The notes beneath the pieces are model-generated. The model did not search any database. It was not told the origin of the DNA and saw only the letters and a program-made list of their open reading frames with translations. Positions 14,860 to 26,604 of a stretch of 64,000 nucleotides of DNA are shown here, in pieces. This DNA comes from the human T2T-CHM13v2.0 reference genome, Homo sapiens. The stretch lies in NCBI RefSeq assembly GCF_009914755.1, contig NC_060947.1. The stretch is one strand, 5' to 3'. Every line of letters begins with the position of its first letter. The stretch's first letter is position 1. The translations under genes and the position numbers were made by a program.

Positions 14860-15125
14860 AGGAAATTGGTAGAGCACAATGGTTAAGATGGTTATCCTAG
14901 GAATCAGCCAACTGTGAGATCAAACCCTGATTCTATTGTCTACTAGATGTGTCACTTCGAGAAAATTCCATAAACATTCTGTGCCTCAGTTTCCTCATCC
15001 ATAAAATAGGAATAATAACAATACCTACACGTTAGTGTTGCAATAAAGTTTTAATGCATATACTTATAAAATGCTTAGAAAAGTGCCTAGCACATGATAA
15101 GCAAACAGGTATTCACTTTTTATTA
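14860..15125 (+). mobile_element. MIR SINE
   Basis: ctgtgcctcagtttcctcatccataaaataggaataataaca...aaatgcttagaaaagtgcctagcacat. Confidence 0.85.
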
Positions 15126-15720
15126 TAGCAGAAATTCATTAAAAAATTGGCAGCTTTCCTTTGCCTTGTTCAAGTGGACACAATCAAGAAATGCAAACAG
15201 GAGCAAAACGAATGAACTAGAATCCAACAACATTATGGTAAGGAACAGACATCTGGAACCCTAATCATGATAGACTAAATATTCATATTTATAAGAAGGC
15301 AAAAGAATATAATGGTAACAATTATGTGTGAATGTAGGAAATGGTCATGCAGAAGAGTAGAAGCTACCTTATACACCTCCACTTGCATCAAATGGAAAGT
15401 CAAACAGCTGCTTTAGCTACTTAGAGTTTTTCAGTAATGCAATTCACTTTGGCAATATAGAAATTTGGTGCACTGAATTGTGGAAATCCTCTGTTCTTTC
15501 TCCACATGGCTTCCGCTCCAAGGAAAATGTGGCATAAGGAGCTCACAGCTAGAGTTACTATCAAAAGCTAGGCAAGCAGAGAAATATTTATGCCACTATA
15601 GCATGCTGCAATTATGGAACCCAATAGCACCCTTAGGCCAAATGTTAAATCCTACAGTTTGAAATGTTTGGCCCAACTTTGTCTTAGACCACACAGATTT
15701 TGTAGTTTCATAGCCTCACT

Positions 15721-16223
15721 CAGAGATCCCCAGACTTTCTTGATTCATGGTGCTCTTAGATTTTCAGTAATTTTTTCATGGCTCCCTAAGTCAAAAGAAA
15801 TACCTAATCGCTGTTTCTTAAGTAGTTGAGTCATAACTACTTAAATAAGTATTTTATATCCTAGCAATTTAGCCGTTTGAAAGACAGCACTCATAAATCT
15901 TTTAAAAATTATTTTTACAATTACTTACCAATGGGATATATGTGTCTGTTGGTCACTGCACAGATTCGCAAACTTTGGAATCAGATTGGACACTGTTACC
16001 TTCATTTCCTGTTTCACATTGATTTTTGGACAGCAGCTGCTTTTTATCAAGACTGCCAGAAGGCCAGCTTTGCAAAAATATGACATCATCAAAGAGAATG
16101 TAACTCACTCTACGTCTCACAGATGTCACTGAGTTTTCCTCGAAATTTTAAGTTATTCCATGGTACTTCTGCAAGTTCACTGTGTTACTCCAGGACACCT
16201 TAGCACACAGCTTGGGGACCAGG
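15721..16223. mobile_element. hAT-Charlie DNA transposon fossil (MER119-like)
   Basis: Ends cagagatccccagactttcttgattcatggtgctcttag and gcacacagcttggggaccagg resemble Charlie-type TIR ends. Confidence 0.55.
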
Positions 16224-16939
16224 GATTTATATCATTTCCTATATATTTGAAGCTATTTGAAATAGCTATCCATTATGTACAGACTGCTTTGTATGGGTCT
16301 ATCACTTTCCACCTTTCAGGGAGTTTTTGTTGAGAAGTAGGCTGGATGATGAATTTGTTTAAGTAAATGTAAAGGGCTACATCATCATAAAATATTTATT
16401 GAGATTTCATTCTATGTAAAGGGAATTGAGGGAGGAAAAAGTAATTATGTAATCCTCAAGAAGTTTAGTGTGTTTGGCTACATGGTTTATACGTATGTGA
16501 TCAGAATATGTCATTTCTTCATTGAACTTTGTTAATATCTCCCCTGTATTTCTGATATATAGTCTTTCACACTTTGAGTTCCTTTTCTTATTTCTGCTAA
16601 TCCCTTATCTCTTTCTGATACCATTATCTTTGACTCCCTGCTCACCATCCTCAAGTATAATCATCTCACCACCACTCTAATAAGCTCTGTGATTCCCAAC
16701 TCCATATCTTTACCCATGGTGTTTTCTGTCCCATGGAATAAATTTCTCCCCATTCTTCACATATCACACTCTCATTCATCCCTCTATCCAAGCTCAAATA
16801 TCTGTCTTAGTGAAATTTTTCCCTATCCTTACTCGGACCACTTTTCTCTTTCAGGAAAAATTACACATCATCTCCTGTCTCATCTCATAATATTCAGTAT
16901 GTATGCCTACGTTTCTCTCAGTGTTCTATAAGAGAATAA

Positions 16940-17595
16940 TTAGTAGGATGGAGGAATAGATGGATGACTAGATGGAGATAGATAGACAATCATACATGGG
17001 ATTTCTGAAAGGGATTTGACTTTTCACAATCATCAGGAGAACTGTTTAAAGAGTCTGTGTGGAGCAGTTATTTCTGTGTCTGGTATTGAAGCTTGAAGCC
17101 TGAAGAAAAGTCATTCAAAATATATTGGGGGAGGATATTAGGGGAAATAAGAACAAACTGGAATACACAAAGCTGAGCTAGAACTCGTGGCAACTTACCA
17201 GAGCTTAGGTTGATCTCTCACCACTTCAATCTTCCAAGTTCCACAACAGGAGTGTCCTGCAGGAAAATCTGCTGTCCAGAACCATAAAGCTAAAGATTCA
17301 TCTAGCCAGAGAGAGAAGCTGAAGGAGAAGTTGGAAAGGCTCTTGGTCCAGCTGGTACCCCACACCAACCCTGAAAGCTCACAGAAAAGTTTATGTGATT
17401 GCTTCGTATGGGTCTCATGCGCTACACTGACTTTTAAAGCATGAAATAAAGATGGTAGCTGCTCCACTTCTACCTCCCAAATCTCACAGAATATGTCTCT
17501 TGTGACTCACATTAACCTGGACCTATGCAGAGAAGGAAGTTCTGGGAAACATAGTTCCAATTTGGCTAAGGTAACAAACACAAATCCACCACAGC
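16940..17595. mobile_element. Degenerate ERVL-class LTR
   Basis: gttctgggaaacatagttcc...ccaccaca end and a gatagatagac tract typical of old ERVL LTRs; subfamily not resolved. Confidence 0.4.
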
Positions 17596-17692
17596 CTTTA
17601 AGAGCACTGGTCCCACTGTCAGTTGTTTAGGTGCCAGCCTTTGCCACAAGAATATGTGCTCCTTAAGAGTATGGACCACATCTTACTCACAA

Positions 17693-18552
17693 TGATATGG
17701 ACAGGAGGCAGGGAAATACTGGGTAGAAAAGGGCAGGGTCCCTGGCGAGGGTTCCACCCTCAAGCCTGGACCTGTGGTCCTAAATGAGAACTTCACTTCC
17801 CCATTTTCCCACCTGAATGTTGCCTTTTGGCCCACCATGCTCCCATCCTGTGCCCGTAAAAACCCCAAGCTCCACTGGCAGAGCAGCAGACTGGTGTGGC
17901 GTAGCAGGACAGCACATGGAAGAGAGAAGCAGTTGAACATTGAGAGGAAAAGAAGCAGCTGGATAGTGGAAACTACGGTCAGAGAGGAGTTTGGATATGA
18001 ACTCTGGACAGTACAGAGAAGAAGCAGCTGGACATCGAAGACTATGGTTGGAGAGGAGTTTGGCCCTAAATGACAGTCCATCCCCAGCCGAACTCCAGAG
18101 GAGGACCACCTTCCCACTTTCCCTTTCCAGCTCCCCAACCTACTGAGAGCCACTTCCACCATTCAACAAAATCTCTGCATTCACCATCCTTGAAATCCAT
18201 GTGACTCATTCCTCTTGGGCACTGAACAGGGACCTGGATGCAGGTGCAAGAGGCTGTCACACTGACTATCCACTGAGCTGTTTAACATTTACACCATCCG
18301 CAGATGGCCAAGCTAAAAGAGCACACTGTAATACACGCCCTCTGGAGCTCCAGAGGTTGCAGGCAACCCTTAGACGCTGCCACAGGCCAGTACAGGGTTC
18401 ATTCCTGCCGGTGCCCAAAGGCACTCACCCCGGCCCCTGCACCAGCTCACCTGCAGGCTCTCCCCCACAAGGGGTTTGAGCGCTGCAGACTGAGTAAGCA
18501 AGCCACCCCTTCACAAGTCCCATGAAGGGGCCGAGGGAACTATCCCATCTCA
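17693..18552 (+). mobile_element. ERV1 solo LTR, LTR1-like
   Basis: tgatatggacaggaggcagggaaatactgggtagaaaagggcagggtccctggcgagg...gggaactatcccatctca; imperfect TSD acaa/ataa; sits in an L2 3' end. Confidence 0.85.
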
Positions 18553-20164
18553 ATAATATATTCCTACTGCTTCATACAAAATCTGACATATAATAAGGAC
18601 TCACAGATGTTTGTCAAATGATGAATGAATGAACAAACAAATGAAGGAATGAATGGAAAAAGATTATTAACACCATTAGTACATTATAAGTACTAAATAT
18701 TTGGTCATATAACAAAGTAATAAGCAGAAAGAATCTCCTGTTTTTTTCCAAAGGCAAAAAATTAACATATTTTCTATAGACTAATCCCCTTAAGATGAGG
18801 TGAAACTATTTAAACCTATCAAAATTTTATCATGTGTATAGAACTTTCAAATGTACAAATTGTGTTTATAAAAGCTAACTAATTTGACTACTTATTACTT
18901 AGTTAAATATAACGGAGTCATCACTTTTCTGGACAAGTATGAAAGCAAAAATATTTTTTAATAAGATTCAATTAAATTATAAAAATAAAAATAAATGTTG
19001 ACATTATATACCAATTTTTCATTAAATTTCTTTATATTTATATAAATTATATTTCTGAACACACTAGCTGATAACTAACTGAAGACAAATATTGCCAACA
19101 TGTCTTTGGTTTCATTTCTATTTATCACAACTTGTTCTAAAATTAATTCAATCCTACATCCTCTATTTCAGCTGTTTGGCCTACTTTAAGCCTCAAAGGA
19201 TCACTATCATGATTATCCCATAATTTTCAGTCTCCAAAGGCATCATTATCGATAACCTCACCTACCTGTAATCACAACATTAACATTACAGTAGGACAGA
19301 GCCCCAACTCTATATAGAACTGCATCCTTCATAGAGAAGCTTTAAGAAAAGGCAGCCAAAGTAAACTTATTCTGATCCTTCTTCTCATGGCAGCAGAATT
19401 GACACCTTGCCCTGCATAATTATGGTCACAAATAGTCCTCAGAATATATGTAACCTTTCACTTTTCCTAAATGTTATTAATTTCCTACAAAACAAAATAA
19501 AAACAAAAATTACACAATAACAAAACACTTGATCCTTCACATTTGTCAAAATGCGGAAGTATGTGAAAACTTTTACATACATGGCAGTAATATGAGAAAA
19601 TTTAATTTTACTCTAAACAGACTAACTGTACCCTTAGTAAACATGGTTTCATTTCTATTTGAAATCATGGAAGCATTCTTTATTTACCTAAAAGCCTGTT
19701 GGATTACCCTTTATTTCACCATCCTGGGGATGTTACAAACCCTGTTTTATTTTTAATTTGATTACTCAGTCCTTCTAAAGCCTGAACACTTTTTTCAAAA
19801 ATTCTTTACAAGTAAACTCATTTTCTAAAAGTTTTGACTCTGAGTCTTTAAATAACAAGAGGAAACTAAAATTTAATAAGTGACAACTATGGCATGCACA
19901 TAGGTTACAAGGCAGTCATTCTTATTCTCGTTTATAGGTGAGAACGTTTAGGATCATAAATGCTAAATATCTCTTTAAGACTGAACAGCTAATTAATTAC
20001 AAAGCCATCATTTTAACTCAGGATTATAACCAGTTAAAACGACAAAGCTTGTGTTCCCTTGTATGTCCCAATCTACCATTGCTATACAAGAGTTTAAGGA
20101 TTCAAGATGAATGTTAGAGAGACATATCAATTTCTTGCCAGGCATTTTGCATTAACCTTAGACA

Positions 20165-20350
20165 CAGTCATCATTTATTCATTATTTGATTAAACAAATA
20201 TTTATTGAGTTCCTAATATGTACCAGTCACTGCTCAAGATGCTAAAGACATAGTGATGAACAAGACAAAGACCTTATTAAGCTTCCATTCTAGTGGGAAA
20301 AACAGATATAAGCACAGAAATGGAAATGGTGTCGGGTAACTAAAGAAAAA
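20165..20350 (-). mobile_element. L2 3' end (antisense)
   Basis: aacaaatatttattgagttcctaatatgtaccagtcactgctc...ttccattctagtggg. Confidence 0.7.
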
Positions 20351-21029
20351 TATCACAAAGTCAAAGGAGGAAGGGCAATAGAAGTGTGGAGGGTCAAATC
20401 GGGGTTCACAAAGAAGAATGGGCTACGGAGGTGCTGATAAGTATTAATACAGTTCCAATAATTAATCTTCTCTCATTATAGCAAACTAAAATAAAAGTAT
20501 TCCAAATAATGTTCTCATCTGTGCTCAGTTGCTTTAAAAACAGAAATTAATAGGAGTTACTATAAAATAATCATTGAGAAAGACTAGAAAAGAGCAAGAT
20601 TTTAGAGTAATAATAATAATAATAAGTCTTTCAAGAATTGCATTGACCTGACAGTATTCTCCCTCTAGTATCAACTTGGATCATACTTAAGTGTAGGAAC
20701 TCTGGCCTTCCAAGTTTAGAGATCATCACTCCAGCTTTACAGCTGTCTTTCCCATTGATCCTGACCTAAAATATGACTCCCTTTAAAAATAATTTTAAGA
20801 CACTTTCTTTCTACTTTTGTTTCAAATGACAGACTCCTAAAGAGTCATATTTTTTTTCCTTTTTTCTGTCCTTAACAGTCTTAATGTTAACACACAGAAT
20901 CACATATGAATTAAACATTATTTTCATCATGAGTAGGTTTTAAAAGGATCAGCAAGAGAAAAAAATATAACACTGACACTGTAGTGGAAATGAGATTGAG
21001 GATTATTCCTATTTTAATGTTGTTTACCA

Positions 21030-21270
21030 AGAAGGCAATACAGCAAAGTGATCAGAACTCAAATATTTGAGTTCTAGAGTCAAATTACCTGTGTTCAAAT
21101 CCCAGCTCTCTTGGTAACTTGCTGTAAGATGGAGGCAAATTACTAGACCTTTTGGGTTCCTCATATGTGAAAGGGTATCATGATTGTACATGCCTCATAT
21201 GTTCATTCTAGAGATTGAATGAGATAAAATGTGGTATTCTTAGTGCAGCACAAGGCACTTAAAAACACAC
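21030..21270 (+). mobile_element. MIR SINE
   Basis: gttcaaatcccagctct...ggcaaattact...ttcctcatatgtgaaaggg. Confidence 0.7.
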
Positions 21271-21524
21271 TACGGATATACATTATGGGATGTTATTTTC
21301 ACCATTTGTGAATAGGTAGGTTTAAGGACAAAAGATATTATTTCCCACTTCATCTGGAAGTTTTTTTGTATATTTCAAGGCACATCTTTAACATCACCTT
21401 TCCTGTCAAGCTTTGCATGGTCCCCCAGGTATCCTCTTCTTGTGCTCCCATAGCAATTTGTTCCTAATTCTGTGTTCGAATTGTAATGCGGTGCAGGCAA
21501 CTCTCTTTGCAGTTGCAACTAAAT

Positions 21525-21976
21525 CAATTGTCTTAAGTGAAGCTTCCTGGATGCAAATCCTAAGATAAATCTTCAGGTGCCACTGATTTCCTTCAGAAGT
21601 GCTCCCAGGAGAAACTGGACAAGGGAATGGGGACAGCAGGAAAGAGAAGGCCAAAGGTGTGATTTCAGGTAAAGACCCACTCTGAGCCTGATCCCATGGA
21701 GAGCTGTGGAGCACCCATTACACCTCAGAGTTTGTACATTACACCTACAAGGTGAGGAAGCTGAGCTTTCATACTGCCCCATCTGTCAGTCATTGGCTAC
21801 GGGGGTGAGGTAGGGCATCAACTCCCAGGCATTCCAATTCTCTGCATGAAATGCTTTGAAGAAGGTCATAGGTGAGAGTCATTAAAGATGAAGCACACAG
21901 AAGATGGGCCATGGGGACACACAAGTAAAGGAGGGGAGGGAGAATCTGGGTGTAGCACCAACAGTGTCTGACACAT
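21525..21976 (-). mobile_element. LTR16-like ERVL LTR
   Basis: agaagtgctcccaggagaaactggacaagggaatgggg...ggccaaaggtgtgatttcagg...agcaccaacagtgtctgacaca. Confidence 0.55.
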
Positions 21977-23650
21977 AGTCCTTTCTTAAGGAACCCTTAC
22001 TATTTTAATGACCTTATTTCCAGCTCCCCTACACAGCCCTAGTACTTCTGGTTCCTGGCTCAATGCCAAGAGGGGTTGGCCTTGGAAGTCCCTTGCTATA
22101 GTAAATAGCATTCAGACTTAGAGAGGTAATCAGAGTACCTTCTGGTGTCAGCCTGGAATAATGCTGACATGCCCTGAAGGGACCTCTGATGGCTAACATC
22201 CCTTCTGCTGCTGCCTGCACAGCTGCTATGGGCTGGAGTTGTTGCCAGAGAGTACCACAATCCTTGGGCAGATACTTTGCCACCCCTCCTGCCCCACTCC
22301 AGTATCTTTCCAACTTCTACAGTTGACTTCATGTTGCCGGCTGCCTCTTACGATCTACTATCGCTTACACAGGCTTATAAATCTTACTTCCTTCAGCTCC
22401 TAACTACAGACACCTAGAGGGCCACTTGTCTATACTCTTGTTTGAAAACTCACTACCCAATGCTTCTGCCTAAATCGTAATCTCCATTCCACTCTAGTGG
22501 TTCCATTCAGGAAGAAGAAATTGCCTTTGTCCCTTTCAATTAAAAATTTAAAAGCTCTGTCTCCTTCTCTAATGTTCTTGCCATTCCACATGGAGTTGCA
22601 TCATCAATATATTAGAGTACCAAAATCTTTCACCCATGCCTTTTGTTTCACAGTTGGAATCTATCTCAGACTATTCTTATTGTAAGAAAACATTCCAGAA
22701 TTGAAAAACTTCTGTTTAAAATTCATCAGTATTTATATGCAACATATCTGTATTTTAATGAAATTGTGTATAATATGCAGGATTCAATGACATTTTCCCA
22801 TCATATCATCATTCTCTATTATAAAATTAGAGACTCTCTCTGATAGTATATAAGAAAGAATCTGTTCCATGATAGAATTTTTTTTAATTTTTATAAATTT
22901 AAGGGATACAAGTGCAGTTTTGTTCATTTGTTACATAGATAGATGATGGAAATGTATTACGCAATTTAAAAATGCTAAAAACGGAAGTCTTATATGAAAC
23001 TTTTGCTTCAATCCAGATTCCATAGTCATAACTGAGTACCCATGGATAAATTGATAGATTTAGATAGATAAGTGGATAGATGATTTTTATAATGTCTCTT
23101 TTTCTCCTTTGTTGATCATTTGGAATGGGAATGAAACATGATAAAGAAACCAGAACTGCCCTTAAGGCACTGTAATCCAGTATGAAAGACAAACATGAAA
23201 AGGAATGATTATAACACAATGCTAAAAGTGCTATTTTTAAAAAGCAAGGGCAAGAGATAAGAGCACCAAATATTGGCAACATCTGTCTTGAATTTTACAC
23301 CCTGCTCTGTTCAATTAGTGAACGAATGTCTAACCCTGACTCAGCTCAGTCCAACCAGGCTGAGTTAGATTATTCCTTCTTGCGACCCCCTTAGAATTCA
23401 TCACATAATTTTATATTTCTGTATTTGTCTCCCTCACTAACTAGACTCTGAACTTCTTGAATATAGGACTTTGCCTGGTCACCTTTGTATTCAAAGCATC
23501 AATTTTAATTTTTGGCACATTGTTGGTCTTCAATAAATGTTTGTTAAGTAAATAAATGAATAAATGAGTGAGCTGAACCATGGATGGAGAAGGAAGAATT
23601 TCATTGAAGTCTTTATGTAGAAATTTATGTAGAAATTTATATTTAAGCTA

Positions 23651-24270
23651 CTATGGACTGCATATTGTCCAGTTCTGAAACTCCAAGTGAAGTTGAGAGT
23701 ATAGCCTAATGTCATAGGCTGGCCCTATCTTTGTTTTCTTATTGTAAGCTCCGGAGTTTGCAGATTCGAAAAACCTGTCTCCATACACCATGCTAAAACT
23801 CTTTAGCGGCAGACAACAGCTGAATATTTCAAAACAACTTGCAAGATGTACTCGAAAGAACTGGATATTTCCTCTGTCAAGAAAATGGGCTTGTAAATGC
23901 TTGTTGGGTCCAATTCTGGTAATGTTCAGTTTTTTTAAATCATCGATAAGGTTATTTGCCATCCTTACAGTGTCATTAGATAACTGCTGCCTCTGCCTTT
24001 TTCAAGCAATTATGGTGAGTTTTAAAATCAAGTATCAGTGCAAGGGTGCAACTCTCCTGATTTCTCTATCGCAGCTTGACTTCTTTTCTTAGTACTTTTG
24101 AATCCATTTTTATGTGATTCTTGATGGGCTTTCTAAAGATTATTTGAGAATAAGAGTGTTCTACTGCTGACTTTCAGATACTCAAATATTTTTCTCCTTT
24201 TTGAAATACAGTCTAAAAATTCTGGCTGCATGTTAGAATTAAGTCTAATAACTTAAGCAGCCCCATCATA
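23651..24270 (-). mobile_element. hAT/Charlie transposase fossil
   Basis: Minus-strand translation gives IEKSGELH and QLSNDTVRMANNLIDDLK, resembling the Charlie/Buster motifs IAKxGKPH and PLSNDTVxRRIxxMA; interrupted by stops and frameshifts. Confidence 0.5.
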
Positions 24271-25491
24271 GGGGTTAGCTACACAGATAATCATCCTATC
24301 CTGCTAAGTTTGATGAACTATATTTTCCCCAAATTCCTCTTTATTCTGTTCTAGAAAAGTGTTAGTTTAGAAGACAGATGCCTTCCTGAAATTTTTGCTT
24401 AATGACTCTAAAGGGAAAATTTAGGATGAAAACTGCCAGATAACTCTTCTTTTTCCTCCAAAATAATCAAGATGTGAGTTCCAAAAGTCTGGGGGCTCAA
24501 TACTCTCAACTGAAGATAAAACCTGTCTTGTGTCCATTTGTAAAAAATAACTCCTTGGCAAGGTGTTTTGTCCCAGAAAGTCATTCCTAATAGACCCATA
24601 CTGTACAATATCAAATGAAAAGTTCAGCTAGCTTGTCCTCTTCTCATTCTCCCTTCACTTCTCCGTCCTTCATCCCCTTCTCTCTTTACCTGTTATCTTG
24701 AGCACTATCCTTTGACCCGGTTGCCCTTTCCTGCCACTAAGCTCACTTTCTGTGAAGAAGCCTGTTTGACTTTCTTCAGTTCTTGTTTTGCAGAAAACTT
24801 TAAAATGTTCAAAAGAAACAATAGTCTAACTGTCCTAAGAAGCTAAATTTGATCATTCACCTGGTGAAAGTGACCTGCTGTGAGTGTATCCCAAGCTGCT
24901 AGGGCATATCCTATAAAAGAGAGTTCAAAGTTACTGGAAAAATAAGGAAAAATCCAAAACTTATACTGATAGACTAAGAGTTATCTAGGAGCAATTGGTG
25001 ATCACACAGAGCTCTAAAATGCAATTAGCACCTGTCTTCTAAATACCTGGTAAGCATAAATTGAAATGTATATTTCAGAATCTGTAAAATGGCTTGGTAC
25101 TTTTTTTGAATAGAAATATAATCATAAACATAGAAAAGAATTTATTATGTGACAATATTCTTTATTGGTGTTTTCGGTAGAAGCATAGCATACATGTTTT
25201 ACTAAAAGGATCATTTAAACAATATTGTAGTCTAAGAAGATCATAGTATCATTTCATGATAGCAAAGGCCAGACCAAGGGAAGTGGAACTAGGTAGGACT
25301 CAGGACTCTTGATTCCTATTCCATGCTCTTTTCACTTTAAGAATTGAGTCAATGAATTTGCTTGCTATTGGCTAAATTTGGGGTTTTTACACTGAGATTG
25401 TTGGAAGGGATTTGCAGATCTTCTGTAGTTTCAAGTCAATTTCAGTATGTGTGCATTTTCCTCTGGGAGGAACATAGCTTTCAAAAGACAC

Positions 25492-25797
<306 letters not shown>

Positions 25798-26212
25798 GAC
25801 ACACAGAAGAGCCCATACCAACCCCAGCCCCCTTCAAATGAGGTATAAAAACTTTTAAACTAAATAAATGTTTGCTTTGTCTTAATAAAAAAAGTCATGG
25901 ATAAGTGTTTTGAACACTCTATCCTTATTACTTCCCTCAGCTATCCACATATGAAGCTGGTCTAGCTTCAGTTCTTCTTATTAAACTTCTCTTTAAATAC
26001 CAGCAAGCAGTTATTCATGAAGAAGGCAAAAGACCAGGGACTAAAAAAAAATGCTACACACTCTGATGTTACATAATTAATCTGTTAAGAGGTTGTCTTT
26101 CTTTTACATACTCCACCTATATATGTGGTTTCTATGTCCTCACCTATTGCCCCACTCACCTTCACCAACTTCTTACTGTAATGCCAAAAATCTAAATTAT
26201 AAGTGTACTATA

Positions 26213-26604
26213 TGTCAGGCCTCTGAGCCCAAGCTAAGCCATCATATCCCCTGTGACCTGCACGTATACATCCAGATGGCCTGAAGTAACTGAAGAATCA
26301 CAAAAGAAGTGAAAATGGCCTGTTTCTGCCTTAACTGATGACATTACCTTGTGAAATTCCTTCTCCTGGCTCATCCTGGCTCAAAAGCTCCCCCACTGAG
26401 CAGGTCCCCCGCCCCTGCCCACCAGAGAACAACCCCCTTTGACTGTAATTTTCCACTACCTACCCAAATCTTATAAAACGGCCCCACCCCATCTCCCTTT
26501 CCTGACTCTTTTCAGACTCAGCCCACCTGCACCCAGGTGATTAAAAAGCTTTATTGCTCACACACAGCCTGTTTGGTGGTCTCTTCACATGGACGTTCGT
26601 GAAA
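26213..26604 (+). mobile_element. LTR7 (HERV-H) solo LTR
   Basis: tgtcaggcctctgagcccaagctaagccatcatatcccctgtgacctgcacg...ctcttcacatggacg; perfect 5-bp TSD CTATA at 26208-26212 and 26605-26609. Confidence 0.95.

Noticed and set aside
17683-18525. Cluster of 64-159-aa ORFs
   Set aside because: Wholly inside a GC-rich LTR with no retroviral protein motifs
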